Source of the DNA: Candidatus Anstonellales archaeon
Lineage (GTDB): Archaea; Micrarchaeota; Micrarchaeia; Anstonellales; CG1-02-47-40
NCBI GenBank assembly: GCA_038869735.1
Contig: JAWCQO010000004.1
Coordinates: forward strand, 12,455-76,454
DNA length: 64,000 nucleotides
Direction of reading: 5' to 3'
Shown here: in pieces, positions 28,201-37,011 of the stretch
Position numbering within the stretch: position 1 is the stretch's first letter
How the letters are laid out: each line of letters opens with the position of its first letter
The notes under the pieces: model-generated
Told to the model about the DNA's origin: nothing
The model's input: the letters and a program-made list of their open reading frames with translations, nothing else
Databases searched by the model: none
Made by a program: the position numbers and the translations under genes

Positions 28201-29505
28201 GACATGATACTGGAAATCTTAAATAACCGAGATATTAGCAGGACATTTAAAGATGCCTATGAGGCCTCACTACTATACGACTTAGTATTTCTAAAAAACG
28301 AGGTAGCAAACTTTATGAGAGACCCGCGAGGAGGAAGTTCTTCCTATGGTATAAGACAAGCAATCCACACCGGATATCATACAGGTCAATCCTTTTTTGA
28401 ACCTGCAAGTTATTTTCTAACACGCGGATACGTTATAGGTGAAGACTACTTGCGTTCCCTCCTATGGTTGCCTGAAAGACTAGGCCGACTTATAACGTAC
28501 TTCTCCCGAGCCCCAATGGCACTGCAATCCGGCTATCCTTCTGTTTATGAAGGAACCCATGAACCTGTTCGCCCCATGCGAGGGCGGGCACTTATGGATT
28601 TTTTTTCACCTTGGAAAAATCTTGATCGTCTATCGAACATACGTCTCCCAGAAATACATCCGACAAGAGGCTTGACACCTGTCGGTTGGTCTTATTTCGA
28701 CGAATACAAAAGAACTCAAGCTCTTCGTTGGCTTGTGCCCGGAAGAACACTCCAGCAACGTCTTAACATACATGAATCTTATTGGGATAACTTTCAAAAC
28801 CTGTACGGTACTCAAGAGATGCATAACATCAACGAGATATTCAATAATATTGTTGGAGACACAACCATTGACTTATTTAGAAATGTACGTCAACAATCAA
28901 GGTGGTGGCATTGGTTCTTCCAAAGGGGGGAGAATGTCACCTTACAGCTCACCGGTTATCTGCTTGCCACCGGTCCTGAATCAGCCCTGAGGACACCCGA
29001 ACTCTATATCAATATTTATACTACTAATATATACAAAGCTTACCCTGTCGGGATGATGTATGTAGATGACGACCCATCAAAATTTACGACACAGCATCAT
29101 CTAAATGCGAGACTTGCAAATAGAATAATTCGTGATTATAATTACCTTGTAGACCTCTATCCAGATATCAAAGAAGATGCACTCAGAAACATATGGAGAC
29201 GGGATAAAATGTCAGCTGAGGAACTTGAATCAACCCGCAAACACGAATACAGTAATTATGAGTTTAGGATATTTTCTCCGTTTTTCCTTGCAAAATGGCT
29301 TGCTCCAAAAACCTATAATCAAGCTCTCGATAGTGCGGTTCTGAGAAGTATTGATGCAAGAACAGCGTATTACGAAAATATTAATCTCTATACTTCACTA
29401 TTATTCCCTCCCTTGCTCTTATCTATGGGAGCTGAAAACTTAGGATATTGGATACGTAATGTAGCAAGAAGAATACGAGCAAGAAGAACACACGCAGGAC
29501 CTTGA
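25267..29505 (+). CDS. Giant (1412 aa) membrane-anchored protein of unknown function
   Basis: Signal peptide MRYRSILISTLTLLLFLSSLPLS. Extracytoplasmic Cys- and sequon-bearing domain of roughly 150 aa. Single TM (YICLPIFLILGLLLASLYY) followed by basic residues. Arg- and Tyr-rich C-terminal region of roughly 1200 aa. I recognise no known catalytic motif (no HExxH, no Walker A). Composition is Arg > Lys, unlike neighbouring genes. Confidence 0.6.
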   Translation: MRYRSILISTLTLLLFLSSLPLSEKNITRLQVYVDGLTVHAQLTKVDMGSSFRVYPEELERQVRSFLSENRQEQRQNEQIPFLVQRTEPLAGQSLDFFLYNRETSEYQPVFGCSGLLTDERGIANCTVSEISGSKTCSVINVSYSGTTAYEPSTTTGIVCDESNNGLSAFGLATENYLRNRQTYICLPIFLILGLLLASLYYSGKNPLNIFDITTPRLPRPKKHRITPIIIRSHLISNMLMNMSLLRRAQLDIINAADAIVRILPSDNTLHSDLLQAYSEIRSARRIPPHIRCAAIAALFSSGPRAAETILRNAYQRGAVRSIQSLKKNETDTYLSSILSRSGLDKETQQTLMRFHKFIQDRSSAAIVTYEKHEKLKETYGYSGSIAKLLLSLSYNSYRLDRTLPRTVDKTVLATVGRVPIVGPPLASVIRSAAKVALLPIRTPLNFAILPLEVVGQTKMAVKSAKSILNIFSGSLDNKRVGNFHDALSQIKNICRHITPETVREEVISYAIRKINEAYFGSSIDEETRNRLLNIVGARLASPLRNGDYDEAYRRALLIMARYNLVDQQTIDSIKAVVRDIDRRYYSYIGNRDNSLDAGIHYLSDVHALIRKFQTSHPQEQVFFLTTRFYDPQNPTTERATAAFHYFLSLQAIQRLRSGIDTRTTFADIYTELHRRESQELEREANSVAQIVAIRYTLSPNAPQRRQTRNPHDEFLHFLLNRIEIKINRMRPAEVYRDFSQVLMENATILRFYQDHILPLLAKTSSGANLSEQELYQELMKHGVDWRTATRLIYTPPSNLTQNSTPESERIGSGIVRGWIVTGDGTFKPLFIEGMYHTFVTTIFGSSSPLLDEGLTRTNSQGQRISVMGASDADKIVSVYSRDNNDLLATHAGGPIRRLFYQIQQPFLAGAKVIFAAKEEFETVFALQALERKAYKDIERNYNLGTYFSQVPTLRQIEEQIASESDKTMRRKLERKRQDMILEILNNRDISRTFKDAYEASLLYDLVFLKNEVANFMRDPRGGSSSYGIRQAIHTGYHTGQSFFEPASYFLTRGYVIGEDYLRSLLWLPERLGRLITYFSRAPMALQSGYPSVYEGTHEPVRPMRGRALMDFFSPWKNLDRLSNIRLPEIHPTRGLTPVGWSYFDEYKRTQALRWLVPGRTLQQRLNIHESYWDNFQNLYGTQEMHNINEIFNNIVGDTTIDLFRNVRQQSRWWHWFFQRGENVTLQLTGYLLATGPESALRTPELYINIYTTNIYKAYPVGMMYVDDDPSKFTTQHHLNARLANRIIRDYNYLVDLYPDIKEDALRNIWRRDKMSAEELESTRKHEYSNYEFRIFSPFFLAKWLAPKTYNQALDSAVLRSIDARTAYYENINLYTSLLFPPLLLSMGAENLGYWIRNVARRIRARRTHAGP

Positions 29506-29549
29506 TAACCAAATTACATGACATGCATATATCTTAACTTTTCCACAGA

Positions 29550-31019
29550 ATGGGGGTTGGGGGAGAAGGGAAATTACTAAAAAATAATAAAAATGCGTTT
29601 ATGACTATTATCCTGCTATCAGAAATAATCGGTGATGTGGTGCAATTTAGAAGGATTTTGTTTTTGTTTTTGTTTTTGTTTTTCAGTCTTATAGGATGCA
29701 TCAGCCAGCAGAGTCAACCCCCGCCCGTTTTTAATCTAAATGAGATACTACAGCCATCAGATCAACAAAGACTTTGTCAGGAGCCAAGCGACCCACAAAA
29801 CCCTTGCAAATGCTACGTTTGTACGGTAAGTACTAATTCCAGCCCCAGCGCAATAACTGAAGCTTCTCTTGAAGGACAGCGGTGCTTATTTATTGGATGC
29901 AACGGAACACCGGAAAGCTACATCCGTCTATTAAATCCTCAACGCACATCTAATCCTATTTACGTCATAAATTTCTTTGCATTTGGGGGAGGACCAGATT
30001 TTGAGTCTTTTTCTGTGGCAAACAGATATTGTAATAACATGATGAATTTGCCTGCTATGTGGATCAATCCTAACACAATTAACTTTAGAAGCAACGACGA
30101 AATTGGCTTCGAACAACACGAACAAGTAGGTACGATTGACTCAAGAGATATCGAGGATTATGTAAAGTCATATCTACAAAACCATATAATCCCCATGTTC
30201 ATCCTCTATAGCGATAACGGAACAATCAACGACGCCAAACTAGAGGATTTTGCTTCCCTTCTTAATAGCACTGGCCCTGTCTACATTTCTACCCAACCTA
30301 CTATTATGACGAGCACAACTCCTGCTTTGTCCATTCGACATGCCCGGACTATAAAGAGATATTGCCAAAAATGCCTCGTAATACTTTCCTATTCCCCAGA
30401 TAATATGAATTACCTTAACTACTCCATCACCCCATCTGATAACGTTGATTTTCTTGGGATGGAAATAATAATAGACCCCAACGATATAGTTCCTCTTAAC
30501 TGCAATCTGAACTCAAAACTTATTCAATACATGTGGGGAGTAAGAGAGAATTTAGCTCGCTATAGAAAGCCAACTTTTTGGAGCATTTTTGCAATAAAAG
30601 AAGGAATATCAGATGACCGTAGGTGTGAGATAAGTTCGCAACAAGTTGGAGAGGCATATGACTTAATTTTTCAATCAGCACAGTCTCTTGCTGCATATGG
30701 GCTTTCAGGAATTTCGCTTCTCTCCTTCTCTGACAGACTCCCGCCATATCTCTCCGCCTATACTGGAGTAGGACTTTTTAGGTCTGATGGAAGTCAAAAG
30801 AATCCCCAACTAAACTTTTTCTTTGACTGGTGTAACTATTATTATACGAACAAACTTCCTGGGGGCTTTGAAAGTGAGGTTGACTATTCAAAAAACTTGA
30901 TAAGTCTTGTTTATCAGCCTGAGCTAAGCATACCTCATTGTGCCTTTGCCATGCAAACGAATCTACAGCGTAGAATTTCCCACTCAACCGGCCCTTATAC
31001 TCCACCCTCACTTAGATAA
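29550..31019 (+). CDS. Cys-rich secreted protein/lipoprotein of unknown function
   Basis: Probable true start at Met 29601 (MTIILL...). Hydrophobic leader FLFLFLFFSLIGCIS with a lipobox-like IGC. Cys cluster CQEPSDPQNPCKCYVC...CLFIGC. No recognisable enzyme motif. Confidence 0.5.
   Translation: MGVGGEGKLLKNNKNAFMTIILLSEIIGDVVQFRRILFLFLFLFFSLIGCISQQSQPPPVFNLNEILQPSDQQRLCQEPSDPQNPCKCYVCTVSTNSSPSAITEASLEGQRCLFIGCNGTPESYIRLLNPQRTSNPIYVINFFAFGGGPDFESFSVANRYCNNMMNLPAMWINPNTINFRSNDEIGFEQHEQVGTIDSRDIEDYVKSYLQNHIIPMFILYSDNGTINDAKLEDFASLLNSTGPVYISTQPTIMTSTTPALSIRHARTIKRYCQKCLVILSYSPDNMNYLNYSITPSDNVDFLGMEIIIDPNDIVPLNCNLNSKLIQYMWGVRENLARYRKPTFWSIFAIKEGISDDRRCEISSQQVGEAYDLIFQSAQSLAAYGLSGISLLSFSDRLPPYLSAYTGVGLFRSDGSQKNPQLNFFFDWCNYYYTNKLPGGFESEVDYSKNLISLVYQPELSIPHCAFAMQTNLQRRISHSTGPYTPPSLR
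29656..29683 (+). repeat. (TTTTTG)n hexanucleotide microsatellite, about 4.5 units, inside the signal-peptide coding region
   Basis: Seen directly: ttttg tttttg tttttg tttttg ttttt. Encodes the FLFLFLF stretch of the leader peptide. Confidence 0.7.
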
Positions 31020-31039
31020 CTCTCAGGTGCATTTAACGT

Positions 31040-32068
31040 ATGGCATACTTTCTAAAAGTTCCCCGCTCAGAAGGAGAGAAAATGAGAATTTTTCTCTCAT
31101 CCATATCTCTTCTTGATACCTCCACCGCCATAGAATCGAATTTAAACTATGTATATCTGCCGCTTTTATCATCAAAAAAAAGAATACCTCTCCATTATCC
31201 TATTGTGAAATTTGCAGGCCGCAAAATCAACAAAAAGCCGCGAAATATATATGAAGCACTCAAAAATACTTTATCAAAGAAGGAACTATCTTCTCTTGTC
31301 AAATCGTTTGATATAATCGGAGATGTAGCAGTTCTTGAAATACCCGATTCACTAAAAAAACATGAAAAAGCCATCTCAAAAGCTGTTATGGCTGTCCACC
31401 CGAATATTAAATGTGTCGTAAAGAAAATGAGCGGAATGGAAGGCGATTTTAGAGTACGAAAGATAAAAGTAATCGGCGGAAGAAGAAGGACGCAAACTTC
31501 ATACAAAGAAAGCGGCGTAAGAATGTTTGTCGACATTTCAAAGATGTATTTCTCCGTTCGACTTGCAACAGAAAGAAAAAGAATTGCATCCCTTGTAGGA
31601 GCCAATGAAAATATACTGGTCTTTTTTTCAGGATGTTGCCCATTCCCTCTTATAATCTCAAAATTTAATCCTACATGCAACATAGTAGCAATAGAACTTA
31701 ATCAGGCTGCCCACAATTATGCCCTAAAAAACATTGCACTAAACAAAATGCGGAACATAACTGCTATTCTGGGCGACGTTCGCGAAGTTGTTCCGAAAAA
31801 CTACTCGAACTTTGCAGACAGAATCGTTATGCCCCTCCCAAAAGGCGGTGAAAATTTCTTGGATGTGGCCTTTTTAGGTGCAAGAAAAGGATGTGTTGTT
31901 CATTTTTATGCTTTCGGACCTAAAGAAAACCCCTACAAAAAAGCCCTCGAGGCCATAAATAAAACTGCTAAGATGTTAAACAAAACCATCCGTATTTTAA
32001 ACAAAAAGGTGGTTAGACCCTATGCTCCCGGTATAGTCCAGGCAGTGATAGACTTTAAGATTCTCTAA
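31040..32068 (+). CDS. trm5: tRNA (guanine37-N1)-methyltransferase Trm5/Taw2-like class I SAM-dependent methyltransferase
   Basis: Trm5 architecture: D1-like N-terminal region, SFDIIGDVAVLEIPD, and a SAM-fold with VFFSGCCPFPL / NIVAIELNQ. Start may be the Met at 31082. Confidence 0.65.
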   Translation: MAYFLKVPRSEGEKMRIFLSSISLLDTSTAIESNLNYVYLPLLSSKKRIPLHYPIVKFAGRKINKKPRNIYEALKNTLSKKELSSLVKSFDIIGDVAVLEIPDSLKKHEKAISKAVMAVHPNIKCVVKKMSGMEGDFRVRKIKVIGGRRRTQTSYKESGVRMFVDISKMYFSVRLATERKRIASLVGANENILVFFSGCCPFPLIISKFNPTCNIVAIELNQAAHNYALKNIALNKMRNITAILGDVREVVPKNYSNFADRIVMPLPKGGENFLDVAFLGARKGCVVHFYAFGPKENPYKKALEAINKTAKMLNKTIRILNKKVVRPYAPGIVQAVIDFKIL

Positions 32069-32101
32069 ACTTTTATAAAATTCCTTTGCACAAGCTAGTC
32101 T

Positions 32102-32740
32102 ATGCTTGTATTAGAGATTTCTTCATATCTGCGGCGTTTTGGGGCTGACATCTTTTTGTCGTCCCTCCAATGTTTATCTTATGCTATCTTGATTTTTATC
32201 ATCCTTTTTTCTCTTCTAGCGCCAGAACAACAACCAATATCTAGTTTTTTTTATCAACCCCTCTTTCTCATACCCTATCTCGATGTCTTTCTTGCTTTGC
32301 TTACTTTTCTTTCTATTGAGGTTGTTTTTTATAAAACTGAAAATCTGCCTACTGAATATCTGACACGAAAAGCTTTGGCCATTCTCGTTCTTTTTCTTGT
32401 GGGATTGGGGAGTATCGCCTTCTTATATTATATCAATGAACAGTTCCTTCTTTATTTTTTCTTATTATCAGTTATAAAAGACGCCCAAACAATAATTTTT
32501 AGGGAAGAAATAGCTGACGCGCACACACTATACAAAAAAAATTATACAGCTCTGATTATTTTTACTTCCTTTTCTCTTTTTGTTTATTTTCTAATCACAA
32601 CCGCTGGAACGTATCTATTAGACATGACTTTAATTTCTGTATTTTTAACTCACTTTACAAATCTTTGGACTCTTCTGTGGCTTTTCGTGGCAATATATAT
32701 CCGTTTTCCTCTCAGGCTATCCCTTCCTCTGCACGGTTAG
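32102..32740 (+). CDS. Hypothetical polytopic membrane protein
   Basis: 212 aa, 5-6 hydrophobic helices. No recognised motif. Confidence 0.35.
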   Translation: MLVLEISSYLRRFGADIFLSSLQCLSYAILIFIILFSLLAPEQQPISSFFYQPLFLIPYLDVFLALLTFLSIEVVFYKTENLPTEYLTRKALAILVLFLVGLGSIAFLYYINEQFLLYFFLLSVIKDAQTIIFREEIADAHTLYKKNYTALIIFTSFSLFVYFLITTAGTYLLDMTLISVFLTHFTNLWTLLWLFVAIYIRFPLRLSLPLHG

Positions 32741-33172
32741 AGAAACCCTTTCAGTAGCCACCGTTAAGTTCTTGTCCATTACCTCCACAAAAATATCAAA
32801 CTTTGATTCAGATGCCGGAGAGAAAGCTGTGACATTAATCTTTCTAATTTGAACCTCACCCTTAAAATTCATTGGATAAAGCCACCATTCTTTTTCGGCT
32901 ATGCGGATGTAGTTTTCATCTATACTTTCTTCAGTCCTTATCTTTACTAGAGGCTGGGAAATTTCGTCTTTTTGATTTTCTATTCTTATAAATAGGGTGG
33001 CGGTTTGATTATCTGTTATAACTGATGGCTCAAATTCAGCCTTTAAAAAGATGCCGCTTGCATTTCCTACATTAAAAACGTTACCTGCACTAAAAATTAA
33101 CGCTATCACTGCTGCAAATAGTGATAAGACTATAACTGCTAGCAATATTTTTTGATTCTCAACTTTTGCCAT
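32717..33172 (-). CDS. Hypothetical signal-anchored extracytoplasmic protein
   Basis: 151 aa. N-terminal TM helix LLAVIVLSLFAAVIALIF followed by a beta-rich domain. Confidence 0.4.
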   Translation of the reverse strand: MAKVENQKILLAVIVLSLFAAVIALIFSAGNVFNVGNASGIFLKAEFEPSVITDNQTATLFIRIENQKDEISQPLVKIRTEESIDENYIRIAEKEWWLYPMNFKGEVQIRKINVTAFSPASESKFDIFVEVMDKNLTVATERVSLTVQRKG

Positions 33173-33269
33173 AGCTACTTCCTCTACAAATAAGATATTT
33201 TTAAATCTAACAGTAGCGTATGTCTTATTTTTTAAATTAAGTTTCCATCTAATACTTGCAGCTTTTGAT

Positions 33270-33368
33270 GCAGGGGTAGCAAAGCCTGGTCAAATGCGCA
33301 GGACTCAGAAAGAATCTTGGGATATCCTGTCGGTTAGCCGTTCGAGAGTTCAAATCTCTCCCCCTGCA
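33270..33368 (+). tRNA. tRNA-Leu (anticodon CAG) with a 14-nt intron in the anticodon loop
   Basis: Folded by hand. Acceptor GCAGGGG/CCCCUGC with discriminator A. Anticodon stem CAGGA/UCCUG. Loop CUCAGA|A interrupted by roughly 14 nt (about 33310-33323) at the canonical 37/38 position. Long variable arm UCGGUUAGCCGUUC. T arm GAGAG-UUCAAAU-CUCUC. Confidence 0.7.
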
Positions 33369-34013
33369 CTTAACCCTCGCCTAGTTCACTTTATCGCAGG
33401 GGAACGCGCAAATCCATACCTCAAGATGAACAGGACAAAATTGACTGCGCGCTCAAGCACTTCGCCGCGTTGGGCGACCTTGACTACCGCGTGGTTGATT
33501 CGTATGAAAACTTTAAGCAAACACTTCCGAGCTGACTTAATGGTTGATATCTAATGCAAAACGATTTATTCGGATATTGCAAAGAAATCTGTGCCTCCTT
33601 CTTGGTGCTAGTTTTTGTCCTTATCATCGCGTCCGCTTTGTTGAATGAAGCCAGCAAGCTAGCGCCAAATAACGCGGCAATTCAATCGTTGAAAGGAACT
33701 TACGAGTTTCTGGCGCGGCTGTTTATTGATTGGGGTTCTCCAGATCCAGCCCTTTGGATTGTCCGAATCCTTGTCGGAATCGTTGCGGCTTTCCGGATAT
33801 ACGCAAATTTTCAACGAAATAGCTGATAAGTTCCGCGGAAACGCCGTCTGTCCTTCGCTTTATAATCTCAGGCACTCAACGAGCTCGCCCTCGTCGCTAC
33901 GCCGTTTTCGGAACAGAGTTTATTAATGCCAAATGCGACACGATAGTGCGTGAAAGGGCATTTACGAGAGAGTTCTGCTCAGAGATGTGGACTTGCCTTG
34001 CTCCCCCTGCACT
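33369..34013. mobile_element. Putative remnant of a tRNA-Leu-integrated element: GC-rich insert of roughly 650 bp bounded by a 13-bp direct repeat of the tRNA 3' end
   Basis: CTCCCCCTGCACT occurs at 33358-33370 (tRNA T-stem/acceptor 3' end) and again at 34001-34013. The intervening DNA is clearly more GC-rich than the background, e.g. gcgcgctcaagcacttcgccgcgttgggcgacc. It encodes only small ORFs and no integrase. Confidence 0.35.
33554..33826 (+). CDS. Small hypothetical membrane protein inside the GC-rich insert
   Basis: 90 aa with one clear TM helix (ASFLVLVFVLIIASALL). Compositionally different from host genes. May be a decayed element gene. Confidence 0.25.
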   Translation: MQNDLFGYCKEICASFLVLVFVLIIASALLNEASKLAPNNAAIQSLKGTYEFLARLFIDWGSPDPALWIVRILVGIVAAFRIYANFQRNS

Positions 34014-34182
34014 AACATCCTCTGCAAAACCTTCCCATCACTTTTAGGAAATTAAATAAGCTTTTAGAAAGCTAGATAAATGTCTCAGAACAATACTTTA
34101 GAAAAAACTTAAGAAACAAAGATGACTTAAATATAAAGATATTCGTCTAACATATACTTAACAGCACAAATAAAACTATGCT

Positions 34183-35379
34183 ATGCGCAGGTACATGCTA
34201 ATGATACCCAACATATACGAAGGTAACTATAAGCGACTTGTGATTTTCCCTCTGATTTTAATATTAACATCCATTTTTTTTATACCGCAAATAAAACAAG
34301 GTGTGGACTTTAAGGGCGGAGTCTTAATCACCCTCCATACTTCTGCTCCAGTAAATATAAGTATAGCTGAATCCACTCTCCAAAGCGAGCTTAAAACAGC
34401 GGTAAGCATCAAGCAGATAGAGACAGCTATAGGCAACTCGATTGAAATAAGCTTCCCTCTTGATGAAAATATATCAAGAGCAGAAAAAATAAAGGAAGAA
34501 TTCTTTTCACTTGTTGACGACGCTTCGCGGCTTGAAGCTGATGCATCTGTTCTAGAGTCAGACCCAAACTCAACATCTACCGGAATTTCGCCCGATGCAA
34601 AAGAAAAGTATACAGAAGCTCGCGAAAGACTTAACTTGTATGCAGATGAACTATTTCTGTTAGCAGGACTTAATAAACAAGCTGCCAAAGCCAATAGCAC
34701 CAACGAGCTCCGCAGAATGGTTAGCGATGCGTATAACTCTATCAATAGTGATTATCAAACAAAAATAAGAAGCACAATAGAAAAACACATCCCTTACTCG
34801 TCAATATCCTTTGAGCTAGTCTCCTCAACGCTTTCAGAGAGATTCCTCTCCTCAGCATTATGGGTTATTCTGGTCTCATCGGCGCTTTCAATAGCAGTTG
34901 TTTTTTTTGTTTTTCGCACATTTATACCTAGTATTGCCGTACTGATTGGAGCGGCATCAGATATAATCATAGCATTGGGCGCAATGGGTCTTTTTGGAAT
35001 ACCACTTACTCTCGCTTCATTTGCAGCTCTACTTATGTTAATAGGTTTTTCCCTTGACACCGACATCCTTCTTACGATGCGCACCCTCAAGAGGTCGGAG
35101 GGAAGAGCCCGCGATAGAGCTTTTGAATCAATGAAAACGGGTTCAACTATGAGTATGGCAGCAATTACTGCGTTTGCATCCCTTCTCATCCTCTCACTCG
35201 CAACAAACATATCTACATATTACGAAATATCCTCAGTTGCTCTTGCCGGTCTTTTTGGTGATTTGTTTGCTACATGGGGACTTAACGCCGTTATCATTCT
35301 TTGGTATGCGGAAAAGAAAGAAAAGGAAGCAGAGGCAATAAAAACCCACTTCGCTTCTCTTTATGAAAGGAAGGAATAA
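34183..35379 (+). CDS. secF: Protein-export membrane protein SecF
   Basis: SecD/F fold: TM1, periplasmic domain, and the conserved C-terminal 5-TM bundle (LIGAASDIIIALGAMGLFGIPLTLASFAALLMLIGFSLDTDILL). Lies immediately upstream of the larger paralog, as in archaeal secF-secD pairs. Confidence 0.7.
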   Translation: MRRYMLMIPNIYEGNYKRLVIFPLILILTSIFFIPQIKQGVDFKGGVLITLHTSAPVNISIAESTLQSELKTAVSIKQIETAIGNSIEISFPLDENISRAEKIKEEFFSLVDDASRLEADASVLESDPNSTSTGISPDAKEKYTEARERLNLYADELFLLAGLNKQAAKANSTNELRRMVSDAYNSINSDYQTKIRSTIEKHIPYSSISFELVSSTLSERFLSSALWVILVSSALSIAVVFFVFRTFIPSIAVLIGAASDIIIALGAMGLFGIPLTLASFAALLMLIGFSLDTDILLTMRTLKRSEGRARDRAFESMKTGSTMSMAAITAFASLLILSLATNISTYYEISSVALAGLFGDLFATWGLNAVIILWYAEKKEKEAEAIKTHFASLYERKE

Positions 35380-35382
35380 CTA

Positions 35383-36975
35383 ATGAAAAATACTACCTTT
35401 TCGATATTGTCTGACAGGCGCATTTTGTTATTGGTGTTTCTTACCTTAGCTGCTCTTCTTTATTCGTTACTGAACGGGATAAAATTTGGAATAGATTTTT
35501 CAGGAGGAACACGCATACCTGTTGTTCTTGAAACGGGCGTCGATTCAGCAACGATGCTAGAAATGGTCGAATCCATAAAAACAAGAACAGCAACGCTCGG
35601 GTTGACCGAGGTAAAGGTAAGGGGAGTTGGCAACTCCCAGATTTATGTAGAAGTTCCAAGTTCTGATCCTGCACTCGTTTCTCAGGTCCAACATATACTT
35701 TCTCAGCAGGGAGTTTACGAAGGAATAATCGACGGACGTGTAGCAATTAAGGGAGATGATATATTTGCCGGAACCATAGTGCAGGTGTCTCCGCAGTTTC
35801 TTCAAGGAGGAGCTGATTGGGGCGTCTCATTTACAATAACTCAAAAGGGCGCATTGCGCTTTGCCCAAGTGGCAAAGGGAAAAGCAAACTATCCCCTCTT
35901 TATGTTTCTAGATAGACCAAAAGATTCCATTATTATAATGAAAAAGAAGTCATTTTTAGAACCAAGCTATACCTTATTCGGGGCATCCATAGTCGAAGAT
36001 GACCTAATAAAGGCAGCTGAGTTTGCCTTGAACTTATCTGAAGAAGAAGGCGGCTCGATCCAGCTTTATTTTGAAGAAGATTTCAACAGCTATAACCAGA
36101 CTTTATTTCCAAAGACCAACAAGACACGTGCTATTATTGAATCTAGCGTATCCAATGAAATAAAAGCAACTCTAACATCAAGAGGATTCCAGTTGGTTGA
36201 AAAGACAAGTCAAGAGATCGTACCAGAATTTGTAGTGCCAAACCAACCGTTCTCAAACTTTCGAGCCGTTGTTTCAAAATGGTCAGCAGTAGGTCTTCTC
36301 TCAAGTCCCTATTTGGTACCTTCTGTCACAACCGGAGCGCCTAGCTACTCCTATCAAATTACGGGACCTGGTGAAGGTACGGGTCAGCAGAGGGTTATTT
36401 CTGCAAGACAAAGGGCCAAAGAGATTGAATCAATATTGAAAGGAGGTGCATTTCCTGTTCAAATATCTCTTGGTTCCACCACTACGATACCTGCCCCTCT
36501 TGGAAGAGAGTTTCTTAAAATGAGCATAATCGGCGCTGCAATCGCGCTTGTGCTTATCTCATTACTCGTAGCATTAAGATATCGCAATCCCAGATTGGTC
36601 CTACCGGTTATCTTCATAAGCATTTCTGAAATGATAATTCTTGTCTCCTTTCTAGGAGCATTTTCAATAGACCTCGGTACAATGGCAGGTATAATCGCAG
36701 CAATTGGGGTTTCGGTTGATGCACAGGTTGTAGTTACCGACGAATTGCTAAAGCGTGGGTCTCAAACGACCCAAAAAAAACTCCAAAATGCATTTTCAAT
36801 CATTTTGACAAATGCCACTGTGGCAGTTATCGCGATGGTTCCTCTTCTCTTTTCAGGAATGGTCGAGATAATCGGATTTGCTACAGCTCACGTTTCTGGA
36901 TCCCTACTTGGTGTACTAATAAGCAGGCCGGCTTACAGCGCAATCGTTGAGAAGTTTATACATGTTGAAGAGTGA
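35383..36975 (+). CDS. secD: Protein-export membrane protein SecD
   Basis: 530 aa. Large periplasmic domain, then the conserved TM bundle (FISISEMIILVSFLGAFSIDLGTMAGIIAAIGVSVDAQVVVTDE). Confidence 0.7.
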   Translation: MKNTTFSILSDRRILLLVFLTLAALLYSLLNGIKFGIDFSGGTRIPVVLETGVDSATMLEMVESIKTRTATLGLTEVKVRGVGNSQIYVEVPSSDPALVSQVQHILSQQGVYEGIIDGRVAIKGDDIFAGTIVQVSPQFLQGGADWGVSFTITQKGALRFAQVAKGKANYPLFMFLDRPKDSIIIMKKKSFLEPSYTLFGASIVEDDLIKAAEFALNLSEEEGGSIQLYFEEDFNSYNQTLFPKTNKTRAIIESSVSNEIKATLTSRGFQLVEKTSQEIVPEFVVPNQPFSNFRAVVSKWSAVGLLSSPYLVPSVTTGAPSYSYQITGPGEGTGQQRVISARQRAKEIESILKGGAFPVQISLGSTTTIPAPLGREFLKMSIIGAAIALVLISLLVALRYRNPRLVLPVIFISISEMIILVSFLGAFSIDLGTMAGIIAAIGVSVDAQVVVTDELLKRGSQTTQKKLQNAFSIILTNATVAVIAMVPLLFSGMVEIIGFATAHVSGSLLGVLISRPAYSAIVEKFIHVEE

Positions 36976-37011
36976 GGTTATCTAGCGGTTTTTCTTTCAA
37001 AAAGGTTCGGT

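Noticed and set aside
33294-33554. 86-aa ORF in the six-frame track
   Set aside because: It lies entirely over the tRNA-Leu gene and the attL-like repeat. The reading frame is an artefact of GC-rich non-coding DNA.
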